Below, one piece after another: positions 43,208 to 59,170 of a DNA stretch of 64,000 bases. The stretch lies in assembly GCF_009914755.1 (NCBI RefSeq), contig NC_060928.1; one strand, 5' to 3'. A program made the translations under genes and the position numbers. This DNA comes from the human T2T-CHM13v2.0 reference genome, Homo sapiens. The notes below the pieces were generated by a model. The model was given only the letters and a program-made list of their open reading frames with translations. It was not told where the DNA came from and made no database searches. Numbering within the stretch: the stretch's first letter is position 1; each line of letters opens with the position of its first letter.

Positions 43208-44319
43208 TATGTCAGCAGGCTTTGCTTTATTTTATGCATTTATTCTGGATATAACATAACTTGGTACAAACACAGAATACAATTTAAGACATTTTGCCAG
43301 AGCTCTTCAAGTATAGCATCGTTTGAGATTGTGGAAGGTGATTTAGAAACACCTGGGTTGAGTATTTATATCCCAGCCTTAAATCCTAAAAGCCTTGCCG
43401 TTTTATAGTCCTTTCGGGGAAATACAGGAACTACATTAATACTTGTTAGTGTAAAAGTTAATGCATTGCTGGAAAAGCCTTGTAAAAAATCAGAAAATTA
43501 TGCAAAAAATGAAGGGAAGATTAAAAAGGGTAGTGTTTGACCAGCAGTTATAGGTTTAGGGATGTATTTTTTTAGAATATATTTTTAGGAATGTATCCTT
43601 CAAATTTTAGGGTTTGGGGGCATAATGAGAAGATTCACTGGAATAAAATTCTAAATCTTATATGTAAATGAGCATTTTTGTTCATAGTAATATTTAATGG
43701 AATGTGGCTAAGAGTCCTATCTAATGGTGAAACAAAAATGAACAAAATATTCTCCTCAAGCTCTATGTGGTCCTTCTGTTACCTCTGTCTTTTTAATGAC
43801 ACTGTTCTCATGCTCTCCTTCCTCCCTTCCTTACATCTGTTTGGTCCAACTTGATGCCACACAAGACAAAAAGCTTATTTGATGGAAGAATATAAGCTGA
43901 TAGATTAGTAGGGAGAAGAACCATAAGGTTTCCTCCTCTCTTCTTGGGTAATATGTTTACATTAACGGCAGTCATCTAGAGGAGCACCTCCAGCTTCCCT
44001 ATCAGAGAGAGTGATTTTCAGACAGTGTAGTAGGAGAGCAAGCAGCACTGTAGCTCATGATGTAAATATTTTCTCAGAGTGGAAATTTTATAGCCTACCA
44101 GATAACATGTTAGCTGCGTAACCTGTCATACTTTTGAAAAAGTCCCTTCACAAGATAATCTTTATCAATAATAAATAATAATAGTCATTGCTAACATGTT
44201 TGAGTACTTTAATTACTCTGGCCAGGCACAAAGTGGTTTACATATATTATCTCATTTGAATCTCCCAACAATCCTATTAGGCAGGTGCTTTTGTTATCTC
44301 ATTTTATGGATGAGATATC

Positions 44320-44790
44320 TGTCAATTCTCTTTTGTGATTAACGCACTACCTCTAAAATTAGTGGCTTAAAATATCAACCCATCATTTAACTCAAGATTC
44401 TGTGGATTGATGCCTTGGGTGCAGCTTAGCTGGCTTGTTCTTGGTCTTAGTTAGCCAGGAATAGGTGATCTTGGCTGAGCTCTATGAACCTGTGATCAGC
44501 TGGTGAGCCAGTTGGGGCTTGACTGGTCTATAAAGACCTTAGCTAGGTCCTACTCCAACAGGGCCTCTCCCCACACAGTTTCTCATTCTCTAGCCTGCTA
44601 GCCCTGGCTTGTTCATGTAGTAGTCTCACAGTTTCTAAAGCTCTCAAATGGAAACTGCAAGACCTCTTGAGGCCCAGGCGTGACACTAGCATAACCTCAT
44701 TTTTGTTGCATTCTGTTGGTCAAAGCAAGTCACGACTCCTACCAGGTTCAAAGTATGGGGAAAAAGACTCCACTTTTCGAGAGGAGTGTC
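44320..44790. mobile_element. MaLR (MLT1-like) LTR inserted in a MIR
   Basis: aaaattagtggcttaaaa...cattctgttggtcaaagcaagtcac; MIR motifs on both sides (ctcattttatggatgag / gacttgccaaagatcacacag). Confidence 0.7.
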
Positions 44791-46111
44791 TTTGTGAGTA
44801 TTTTTACATTTGTTTCTGACTCTAAGAGATGTGTCATGACTTGCCAAAGATCACACAGTTAATAAATAAAGGAATTGAATTCAAATCCACGTGGTTTGAG
44901 GCCATTACACTGCATAATTCAGCATTGTGTTTCAAATGTCATTGTTAACCCTTGACCTCTTCCTCCCTTAATGCTAAGTAACCACATCAATTTCTTATTG
45001 TAAATTCTCTTTAAAATGTTACTAGTAGCTTTGACTGTGCAAACTGCAAATTGTTAATCTCTGCAAAATCTAATGGGTCTAGACCAGAATCTTGTAGACT
45101 CTCCATGAGTCTTAAGAGTTCATCAAGTCTCTTGGACAAGGAAGGGTGTCATATCTGAGACTCCAACTAATGACTTACTAACTCACTTACTAACTCATCT
45201 CTTCAGAATGGTCTCTAGGATTGGAAGCTAAATGTGGAGATTGAGAGTAGCTTTTGGGCCAGGCAATGGAAACCAAATAAACAAAATGAGTTACCAAATA
45301 CCCTTTCCTACATTCAGTTCCCTTCCCATCATTTTGATCAATGCTGAGTCTGTTTAGTCCAGGTGCAGTTTTATTTACTGACATCAGTGGCCTGGAATCA
45401 TCAGGATTGCCTTATAGTTATTGGTTTTCATTTTGAATCCCAGATGACTATGGTTTTTCCCTCGATTATTTAACCACACATTTAATTCAAGTCTTATTCA
45501 TGCTCAGTAAGTTAGCTTTTAATATCTCCATTTTCCCTAAATCTGTGAGCCTGGGGCATTGACATGAAATACTTCTAGGACCCAGGCTTTTAAAATTGGA
45601 AATATGGTTAGCTGCTTCTTATCTCAAATTTCCTTTCCCTATACCTTGGTGTACTAGTGAGCATTTTTTTTTCAACTTAGACTTCTAGTTTTCTTTTTGA
45701 GTAAGAAAAAAAAATGAGCTGAAGTAGAATTCTTCTTTTATTCATTGCCGTGCCCTTTAGTGGTTCCTGTACTGTGTATTTTGGAGAGTTACAGACCTCA
45801 GGAGTCAGCACTGGATCTTAGGCAGTGATAAAAGCTACTGACACAACAGCTATTTTCTCCAACAAGTCCAAGTGCTTTTGCTTTTGATTCCCTACTTCGT
45901 GATGTTAGCAGTGAGAGTGGAAGAACAGTCTCAAAAAAGAGGTCAGCTTCTTTCCAGAGCCATTTGGTAAAAATAGGGAATGACTGCAGTTTGGATTTTT
46001 CAATTCGTCACTCTGTCTAGAAATCTATTCTTTAACAAACCCCTGGTTCTTTATATTTTCACAGATGGGGACCATATTTATTATTTATTGTTGTGCATAT
46101 CTTTTTTTAAA

Positions 46112-46404
46112 TTTTTTTTTTTTTTTTGAGAAAGGGCCTTGCTTTGTCACCCAAGCTGTAGCACAGTGGAGTGATCATAGCTCTCTGTAGCCTTGAACTT
46201 GTGGGCTAAAGCAATCCTCCTGTCTCGGTCTCTGGAGTAGCTGGGACTACAGGAATGCCACCATGCCCCGCTCATTTTTTATTTTTTTTAGAGAGAGTGT
46301 CTCACTATGTTATCCAGACTGGTCTCAATGCTGATCTCTAGCAATCCTCCCATCTCAGCCACCCAAAGTGTTGGAATTACAGTATTGAGCCACCATGTCT
46401 GGCT
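46112..46404 (-). mobile_element. AluJ, antisense
   Basis: Diverged Alu dimer with poly-T. Confidence 0.9.
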
Positions 46405-46919
46405 GTGTATATCTTGTAGATTTCTACCAATAGTGTATGTGTCACTTATTAAAGGCCAAGCATCATTTTAAGTGTCTTCTCAATACTTAATTTATTTAAC
46501 ATCCATATAATAATGTGCTGCAATATACATTGCAGGCTTAAAAATGTTCGTATTATTAAAACCTGGTATCTTTATATTCTGAAAAAAGGACATAACTAGA
46601 TATACCTAGGTATGCATTGCAGACCTATTGATAACAGAGAAATAAAGGAAACATTCTATTAAGCAACAAGGGAATTGCAGTCACTCATACCGTGTGTATA
46701 AAGGATAGTGGCTGCAGTAGTAAGGCAAAAGCTAGACTTGAATACTTTATGTAGAATATAGAATAACATCTTAAAAGCCTACAGACATACACCAACATGT
46801 TATTCTGGGACATGAGAATATGGGTTTCTTTTTCTTTTAAATATTTACATATTTTTCTGTTTTCTAAAATTAACCCACTTTTTTTGATATTTTACTGAAC
46901 AAAAATTATATATGTCTGA

Positions 46920-47327
<408 letters not shown>

Positions 47328-48035
47328 TAGTTTATTAAAAAAGATAACATTTGCAGAAAGTACAGAAAAAATAAAAAGATATGTGAAACCATCATTTATA
47401 ATCTCACTACTGTGAAGTGTAAGTACTGTTATTTTCTCATATTACCTCACATTCATTTTTTCTATATATCATTATATATATGCAAATGCACACCTACACA
47501 TATACAGACACATATATATACAAACAATTTTGATTCCTAAAGTTTACCTCATCATTAATTCCATATTGCAAAAAATTCTTCATAAATATTTTAATTGCTA
47601 CAAAATATTTCTTGGTACAAATGTGACATAATTTGTTTCCTCTCTTATTAGACTTTTGTGTTGTTTTTAATTTTTGATTTTATAAAAAATAGTGAGATTA
47701 ACATACTTTTTGATAACTTTTTGTCTACTTTAAAAAAATATTTCCCAAGGGAATTGTTGGTGGCTTTCTAATCACCAAACCCACTGCTGTTTGTCAGTCC
47801 TCATCCTTCACATCGTTTGCACTGCTTGCCTGATGTCGGCCACCTCGTCTTCCTTGTCACATCCCTCTTCTCCTATGGCTTTCATGAAACAGTGGTTTCC
47901 TGATTTTGCCACTGGTCTAACACCTTTCTCAGTTTCCTAAAGGTTTGTTTTTCATTGTACTTTTCTAACTTGATGGTCCTAATATTTGCAATTCAATCTC
48001 TTTTTCAGTTCTCATCTCCCTCATCCCTAAGCCAT

Positions 48036-48668
<633 letters not shown>

Positions 48669-49343
48669 AGCCCTAAGCTTTTATGCTTCTATGAGGATTG
48701 CTAGTACATCTTTTCTTTGAGCTTTGAACTCTTTCCCATTCTCTAGATTTTCATTTCTCCTTGCTGCAGATGGCCACTTCAAATTCAAAATGTTTGAAAT
48801 GGGAAGCAAATTTACCACCAAGTCAACCTTTTCTCCTGTTATATTACCCTCTTATTTCTACCTATAACACTACAGTGCTTCCAGTCAGCAGGGCTTGAAC
48901 TTGGAGTCTTTTTTAAAAAATGGCTTACTTGAGATGTAATCAAACTTTACATATTGAATGTATAAAGTTTGGTCTGTTTTAGAACCATTGCAACCATCAA
49001 GATGATCAACTCTATCACCCCAAAAGTATCTTTAAGTTCTTTTTAAATTTATTTCTCTCTCTAGCTCCATCCTGAGGCAAATGCTGATCTAATTTCTGTC
49101 ACTATAGATTTCTTTTCATTTTCTTGAGTTTTGTATGAATGAAATCATACAGTGTGTACTCAGCACAATGATGTGGAGATTTATCCACATTGTTGCATGC
49201 ATTCATATCTTTTTCTTTTTATTGCCAAATAGTACGTCACACATGGATGTACCATAATTTGTTTATCCATTCACTTGTTGATGACATTTGGATTGTTTCC
49301 AATTTTTGATTTTTAGAAATAAAGCTGCTATTAACATTGGTAT

Positions 49344-49999
49344 TGTAAACCAAAAAGTACCTGAGACAAGTCTTAATCAATTTAAAAGTTTATTTTGCCA
49401 AGGTTAAGGACGCGGCCATGACACAGCCTCAGAAAGTCCTGATGACATGTGCCCAAAGTAATAGGCTACAACTGGGTTTTACACATTTCTGAGAGACAAA
49501 AAACATCAGTCAGTACATGTAAGATGTACATTGGTTTGGTCCCGAAATGTAGGACAACAGGATGTGGAGGCTTCCAGGTCATAGGCAGATTAAAAGATTT
49601 TTCTGATTGGCAGTTGGTTGAGTTATATAAAGACCTGGAATCTAATCTGTCGTGGGAGTTTTAAGAAAAGTAAAATTAAAATAAAGACCTGGAATCAGTA
49701 GAAAGAAATGTCTGGGTTACAATAAAGGGTTGTGGAGACCAAGGTTTTATCATCCAGATGAAGCCTCCAGGTAGTAGGCTTCAGAGAGAATAGATTGTAA
49801 ATGTTTCTTATCAGACTTAAAGAGCCTTTTCTATCAGTTTTAAGGTCTGTGTTGATGTTAATGGTATTGAGGCACGTCTGACTTCTCCTTCCCATCATGG
49901 CCTGAACTAGTTTTACAGGTTAACTTTGGAATGCCCTTGGCTGAGAGGAGAGGTCCATTCAGAATGTTTGCGGGCTTAGAATTTTATTTTTGATTTGAA
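49344..49999 (-). mobile_element. MER4-family solo LTR (ERV1) inserted in an antisense L1M 3' fragment (~48910-50140)
   Basis: tgtaaaccaaaaagtacctgagac...aagtttattttgccaaggttaaggac; perfect 4-bp TSD GTAT at 49340-49343 and 50000-50003. Confidence 0.85.
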
Positions 50000-50256
50000 G
50001 TATACAAGTCTCTCGAGTAAATTTCTAGGAGGTAAGTGTATACTTAAATTTCAAAGAAACTGCCAAGCTGTTTCCGAAAGTAGTCGTACAATTCCTATCA
50101 GCAGCATGTGAGAGTATAGTTGCTCCATATCCTCACTGTCTTTATCCATTTATGATACTATAACAAAATGTTCCAGTTCTAGTACACATATATACATGCA
50201 GAATATATAACAAGCAGAATATAATCTTTTATCTTTTAACTTTAATCTTTTCTGAC

Positions 50257-50632
50257 TCTATTAGTCCGTTCTCACGCAGCTAATAAAGACATAATAAAGA
50301 CTGAATAATTTATAAAGGAAAGAGGTTAATTTGCTCACAGTTCAGCATGGCTAGGGAGGCCTCAGGAAACTTACAATCATGGCGGAAGGGAAAGCAGGCA
50401 TGTCCTTCTTCATATGGCAGCAGCAAGGAGAAGTGCAAAGTGAAGGAGGGGAAAAGCCCCTTATAAAACCAACAGATCTCGTAAGAACTCACTCACTATC
50501 GCAAGAACAGTATGGAGGTAATTGTCCCCATGATTCAATTACCTCCCACCACATTCCTCCCACAACATGTGGGAATTATGGGAACTACAATTTAAGATGA
50601 AATTTGGGTGGGGACATAGCCGAACCATATCA
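50257..50632 (-). mobile_element. THE1 (MaLR) solo LTR
   Basis: tattagtccgttctcac...ggaaacttacaatcatggcggaagg...aaccatatca; 5-bp flanks ctgac/ctgat. Confidence 0.92.
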
Positions 50633-52083
50633 CTGATCATTGAGTATATTATTAACTTTCTACGTAGATTCAATGATTCAGCTTCATATTATTAACTTTC
50701 TATGTAGACTCAATGATTCAACTACTTAAATATGTCTAGGCTACTAATAAACCTTCTTGAATGAATAACAGATGAACAACTGAATATAAATGAAAACAGA
50801 TGGCCATAAAGAAGAGGATTCAGAATTGTCATCAGCCCTTCACAATCACTGCATTTTCTCTAATAAGCTCACATGCCCATAGCACATTGCCAAAGTTTAT
50901 TGACTTCTTCCAGAATTTTTGTATAAAATTATGATTATGATCTCATAGAGTTCAGGATTGCTTACCAAAGAGCATACCCTCACCAGGATGATGCCCTTTC
51001 AAAGGACCTGGTGCCCCAAGGAGCACTGGGGGAGGGAGGCATACAGATGCATTGCATGACATTCTTAACCTAAACCCTGCTTTATGATCTCAGAATCTTC
51101 CAAACTTCTAGTCCTTCCAGATCTGAAAATCTGTAGTCACTCCATGATCCAGAGACAGAAGGCAAGCAGAATTTGGTATCTGGATACCAAACACTGATGT
51201 TGTGTTGTGAATCTTTGTTATCAAGATTCTTGTGCCTTTAAATTACGTATTTGTGGATTTGACCTATTGAGATATATCAATATTCCTATGCATATATACA
51301 TATTTGCCCAATAAATCTTTTGATAAACAAAGAAGGGTAGTATAATTCTTAGAAAACAGTGGTTTCTGCTATTGAGCTATTTGCTTTAGATTTGATGTGT
51401 CTATAAATGGCTATACAAAATATGTTTTAAGTAGTGATAATAGATTAGATATTAAGCAACTGAATGTGGCAGCTAGGACTAAGGTATATTACCAAGTTTT
51501 TATCTTCATTGAACAAATCATAGAAGAAAGTGGGGAATTCATTTCATACCTTTCTCTGTATATACTCCATATTGATTTAACTACTTAAATCATCTCATGG
51601 GTATATAACTCTTATTTCATCTATATCTTTTTTTCCCTGACTCCTCTGATAGCTTAGGAGAGAAGAAAGGTATGTTCAGAGGCATATGCAAAGACCTGCC
51701 AGAACACTCACAAATGGGGTGATGAGAGTAACGGGGTAGTGAGAAGCATTAATTTTGTATAGAAGTCAGATATACAAGCATTAAAATATATGCCTATTAT
51801 AACCACTTAAATTATGGTTCATTTTGATAGAAAAAAATTCTGCTGAAAATCTAATTTCAGGCAGTTGTTCACCAAGCAGAATCATAGTAACTATCTTATC
51901 TGTGCTTTCTATGTATTTATCTTGCTGACTGATTGTGCTTGTTATGGTAATCATTTACTAGTCACTCTATGTAATGTCTCACAAACTGTAACTTGAATAA
52001 AGGCAAGTTATTAGACCTTAGTACCAAAAAGTATTTGAAAATTCAGAGTGCTTATCTCTTCCTTTATAATATCTGACTTCATC

Positions 52084-52280
52084 AGGAGGATTGCTTGAAG
52101 CCAGGAGTTCCAGGCCAGTTTGGTCAACAAAGCCAGACTCTGTATAGAAAAAAGAAGGAAGGAAGGAAGGAAGGAAGGAAGGAAGGAAAGGAGGGAGGGA
52201 GGGAGGGAGGGAGGGAGGGGAGGGGAGGGGAGGGAAAGAAGGGAAGGAAGGAAAAGAAGGGAAGGAAGGAAGGAAGGAAA
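52084..52280 (+). repeat. Alu monomer fragment followed by a (GGAA)n/(GGGA)n purine tract
   Basis: aggaggattgcttgaagccaggagtt..., then ~135 bp of pure A/G (52145-52280). Confidence 0.9.
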
Positions 52281-52559
52281 CTGGTACCTACAGGCAGAAA
52301 TGCTTCTTCAAAGAAGCCTAACTCTGCATTTAATTTTAACTGATTGAATAAGACTTACACATATTACCTATGATATTCAATAATTTCCCTTACTAGAGCC
52401 AATTGATTACAAACCTTAATCACATCTAAAAAATAATATCTTCATAGCATCACCTACCTAAGTGTTTGTAAGTGGGAACTGTAATCTAGCCAGGTTGACA
52501 CGTCAAAAGACAATCACAGTTAAATTCTCAGAAATAGAATAGCTGAATCGAAGAGAGTA

Positions 52560-54465
<1,906 letters not shown>

Positions 54466-57400
54466 TTTGTGCCAGTTTTCAAAGGGAATGCTTCCAGCTT
54501 TTGCCCATTCAGTATGATATTGGCTATGGGTTTGTCATAAATAGCTCTTATTATTTTGAGATATGTTCGATCAATACCTAGTTTATTGAGTGTTTTTAGC
54601 ATGAAAGGGTGTTGAAGGCCTTTTCTACATCTACTGAGAGACTTATGTGGTTTTTGTCATTGGTTCTGTTTATGTGATGGCTTACGTTTATTCATTTGTG
54701 TATGTTGAACCAGCCTTGCATCCCAGGGATGAAGCCAACTTGATCATGGTGGATAAGCTTTTTGATGTAATGCTGGATTCAGTTTGCCAGTATTTTATTG
54801 AGCATTTTCGCATTGATGTTCATCAGGGATATTGGCCTAAAACTTTCTTTTTGTTGTTGTTGTGTCTCTGCCAGGTTTTGGTATCAGGATGATGCTGGAG
54901 TCATAAAATAAGTTAGGGAGGAGTCCCTCTTTGTTTCTATTGTTTGGAATAGTTTCAGAAGGAGTGGTACCAGCTCCTCTTTGAATTTGGCTGTGAATCT
55001 GTCTGGACATGGGCTTTTTTTGGTTGGTAGGCTATTAATTACTGGCTCAATTTCAGAACTTGTTGCTGGTGTATTCAGGGATTTGACTTCTTCCTTGTTT
55101 AGTCTTGGGAGGTTGGGATGGTGTTTATGTGTCCAGGAATTTACCATTTCTTCTAGATTTTCTAGTTTTTTTGTGTAGAGGTGTTTAAAGTATTCTCTGA
55201 TGGTAGTTTGTATTTCTGTGGAATCAGTGGTGATATCCCCTTTATCATTTCTATTGTGTCTATTTGATTCTTCTCTCTTTTCTTCTTTATTAGTCTGGCT
55301 AGTGGTCTATTTTGTTAATCTTCTCAAAAAACCACTCCTGGATTCATTGATTTTTTTTGAAGGGTTTTTCATGTCTCTATCTCTGTCAGTTCTGCTCTGA
55401 TCTTAGTTAGTTCTTTTCTTCTGCTAGCTTTTGAATTTGTTTGCTCTTGCTTCTCTAGTTATTTTAATTGTGATGTTAGGGTGTCAATTTTAGATCGTTC
55501 CTGCTTTCTCATGTGGACATTTAGTGCTATAAATTCCCCCTAAACACTGCTTTAGCTGTGTCCCAGAGATTCTGGTATGTTGTGTCTTTGTTCTCATTGG
55601 TTTCATAGAACTTATTTATTTCTGCCTTAGTTTCATTATTTATCCAGTAGGCATTCAGGAGCAGGTTGTTCAGTTTCCATGTAGTTGTCTGGTTTTGAGT
55701 GAGTTTCTTAATCCTGAGTTCTAATTTGATTGCACTGTGGTCTGAGAGACAGTTATAATTTCTGTTCTTTTACATTTGCTGAGGAGTGTTTTACTTCCAA
55801 TTATGTGGCCAATTTTAGAGTAAGTGTGATGTGCTGCTGAGAAGAATGTATATTCTGTTGATTTGGGGTGGAGAGTTCTATAGATGTCTGTAAGGTCCAC
55901 TTGGTGCAGAGCTGAGTTCAAGTTCTGAATATCTTTGTTAATTTTCTGTCTCGTTGATCTGTCTAATAATGACAGTGGGGCATTAAAGTCTCCCACTGTT
56001 ATTGTGTGGGAGTCTAAGTCTCTTTGTAGGTCTCTAAGAACTTGCTTTATAAACCTGGGTGCTCCTGTATTGGGTGCATACATACTTACGATAGTTAGCT
56101 TTTCTTGTTGCATTGATCCCTTTACCATTATGTAATGCCCTTCTTTGTCTTTTTTGATCTTTGTTGGTTTGAAGTCTGTTTTATCAGAGACTAGGATTGC
56201 AACCCCTCCTTTTTTTTTGCTTTCCATTTGCTTGGTAAATATTCCTCCATCCCTTTCTTTTAAGCCTATGTGTGTCTTTGCATGTGGCATGGGTCTCCTG
56301 AATACAGCACACCAATGGGTCTTGACTCTTTATCCAATTTGCCAGTCTGTGTCTTTTAACTGGGGCATTTAGCCCTTTTACATTTAAGGTTCATATTGTT
56401 ATGTGTGAATTTGATCCTGTTATTTTGATGCTAGCTTGTTATTTTGCTCATTAGTTGATGCAGTTTCTCCATAGTGGTGTTTGTCTTTATATTTTGGTAT
56501 GTGTTTTGGAGTGGCTGGTACCAGTTTTTCCTTTCCATATTTAGTGCTTCCTTCAGGAGCTCTTATAAGGCAGGCCTGGTGGTAACAAAAATCCCTCAGC
56601 ATTTGCTTGTCTGTAAAGGGTTTTATTTCTCCTTCACTTATGAAGCTTAGTTGGGCTGAATATGAAATTCTGGGTTGAAAATTCTTTTCTTTAAAAATGT
56701 TGAATATTGGCCCCCACTCTCTTCTGGCTTGTAGGGTTTCTCCAGAGAGATCCGCTATTAGTCTGATGGGCTTCCCTTTGTGGGTAACCTGACCTTTCTC
56801 TATGGCTGCCCTTAACATTTGTTCCTTCATTTCAACCTTGGTGAATCTGATGATTATGTGTCTTGGGGTTCCTCTTCTTGAGGAGTATCTTAGTTGTGTT
56901 CTCTGTATTTCCGGAAATTGGATGTTGGCCTGTCTTACTAGGTTGGGGAAGTTCTCCTGGATAATATCCTGAAGTGTGTTTTCCAACTTGGTTCCATTCT
57001 CCTCATCACTTTCAGGTACACCAATCAATCGTAGGTTTGGTCTTTTCATATAGTCCAATATTTCTTGGAGGCTTTGTTCCTTCCTTTCATTCTTTTTTTC
57101 TCTAATCTTGTCTTCATGCTTTATTTTATTAAGTTGATCTTCAATCCCTGATACCCTTTCTTCCACTTGATTGATTCGGCTATTGATACTTGTGTATGCT
57201 TCATGAAGTTCACGTGCTGTGTTTTTCAGCTCCATCAGGTCATTTATGTTCTTCTCTAAACTAAGTGTTCCAGTTAGCAGTTCCTGTAACCTTTTATTAA
57301 GGTTCTTAGCTTCCTTGCATTAGGTTAGAACATGTTCCTTTAGCTCGGAGGAGTTTGTTATTACCCACCTTCTGAAGCCTACTTCTGTCAATTTGTCAAA

Positions 57401-58117
57401 CTCATTCTCCATTCAGTTTTGTTCCCTTGCTGGTGAGGAGTTGTGATCCTCTGGAGGAGAAGAGGCATTCTGTTTTTTTGAATTTTCAGCATTTTTGCGC
57501 TGCTTTTTCCTTGTCTTCTTGGATTTACCTATTTTTGATCTTTGATGCTGATGACCTTTGGATGCGGTTTTTGCATGGGCATCCTTTTTGTTGATGTTGA
57601 TGTTATTGCTTTCTGTTTGTTAGTTTTCCTTCTATAGTCAGGCCCCTCTTCTGTAGGTCTGCTGGAGTTTGCTGAAGGTCCACTACAGACCCTGTTTGCC
57701 TGGGTATCACCAGTAGAGGCTGCAGAATGCAAAGATTGCTGGCTGCTCCTTCCTCTGGAGGTTTCATCCCAGAGGGGCACCTGCCAGATGCCAGCTGGAG
57801 CTCTCCTGTATGAGGTATCTGTTGACCCCTGCTGGGAGGAGGTGTCTCCCAGTGAGGAGGCACGAGGGTCAGGGACCCACTTGAGAAGGCAGTCTGTCCC
57901 TTAGCAGAGCTCAGGCACTGTGCTGGGAGATCCGCTGCTGTCTTCAGAGCTGGCAGGCAGGAACATTTAAGTCTGCTGAAGCTGTGCACACAGCTGCCCC
58001 TTATCCCAGGTGCTCTGTCCCAGGGAGATGGGAGTTTTATCTATCAGCCCCTGACTGGGGATGCTGCCTTTCTTTCAGACATGCCCTGCCCAGAGGGGAG
58101 GAATCTAGAGAGCCAGC
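54466..58117 (-). mobile_element. L1PA fragment (part of 5'UTR, ORF1, ORF2 endonuclease/5' half), disabled; 3' end missing
   Basis: Minus-strand ORFs 56420-57235 (ORF1p: KRPNLRLIGVPE, ARREWGPIFN) and 55721-56290 (endonuclease: GVAILVSDKTDFKPTKIK, VGDFNAPL) with frameshifts. Confidence 0.96.
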
Positions 58118-59019
58118 TGACATATTTTTTATCCTCATGCCTACTTATGATCTTGCTTGATTGGTGATATCTAATTTTGAGAATTTTGAAAAAAAAAAAA
58201 TTGAATATTTCTTTTACACGTGCATTTGCCTTGAAACATGATAAAAGTCCCACTTATCCTCAAACAGAAACCACCAATTTCTTTTGATCCAACCATTATA
58301 TCAAGTTCCTGTGTCCTTCCTATTCCTTATCACATTTCTTAAGAGGTCAGTCACACTTGATGTGTCTACTTTCTTAAATCCCATGCAATCTCCAACTGAT
58401 TACAGTTTATTTTCTCCCATTGAAGGAAACTCTTTTAATTAGGAAGACAATGACCTCTTGCAGCCCAAATCCAACATGTTTTAATTATGCATCCTATTTA
58501 ACCTCTGGTTAGTATTTGACACTATGCCACACCTGTGTGTCAAGAAGATTTGTTTTTTTTTAAAGAGTTCAGCATTGTACACAAATGTTTTTAAAGCTCT
58601 ATATAAGGAAATATTGCTAGAACTGGAAGTCGTACAACTCCTCCTTCTTGAGAACTGCTCCAATGTGTTATACTCTACACATCAATTAATGCCCTTTGTA
58701 TGGTACTGTGTCATTTCTCACTTCTTTCTTTTTCTCAACTCTCAAATACAGGAGGATGCCAAATCCCATAGCTTCGACCTGAGAAATAGTTCTTAGCTAT
58801 TCTTCTTCTTCCCAGAAGTGATTGTGATGGGAAGCCCTCATTTTTCTCTCAATTAGAAAATATAATAGTCCCTAATCGATTTTCCTGTTACTAGTGTCCC
58901 ATACTCTAGTCATATCTCACACTGTAAACCAAAGCCAATGATATGGATATCTCTCCCATGAAGTTCTCTATCATTTCTCTATTGTTTCCAAGATGAAGCT
59001 CCAGCACCCTATTTCAGGA

Positions 59020-59170
59020 TCTCACAGGGTGGTCCCTGGATCAGGAGAATCAACATTTCCTGAGAACTTGTTAGCATAACAAAACCTTTGATCCCATCTC
59101 AGAGCTATTGAAGCCCAAACACTTTAGTCCAGGTGATTCTGATTCACAATAAAGTTGGAGAACCACTGCC
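59020..59170. mobile_element. MER5-like hAT DNA transposon remnant
   Basis: ggtccctggatcagg...ccaggtgattctgattcacaataaagttggagaaccactg. Confidence 0.7.

Noticed and set aside
51172-51191. Inverted repeat TTTGGTATC-TG-GATACCAAA
   Set aside because: Single short palindrome with no supporting context; compatible with chance in 64 kb.
55721-57235. Longest ORFs in the window (271 aa and 189 aa), possible active L1
   Set aside because: ORF1 and endonuclease remnants are frameshifted, and most of the RT and the 3' end are missing.
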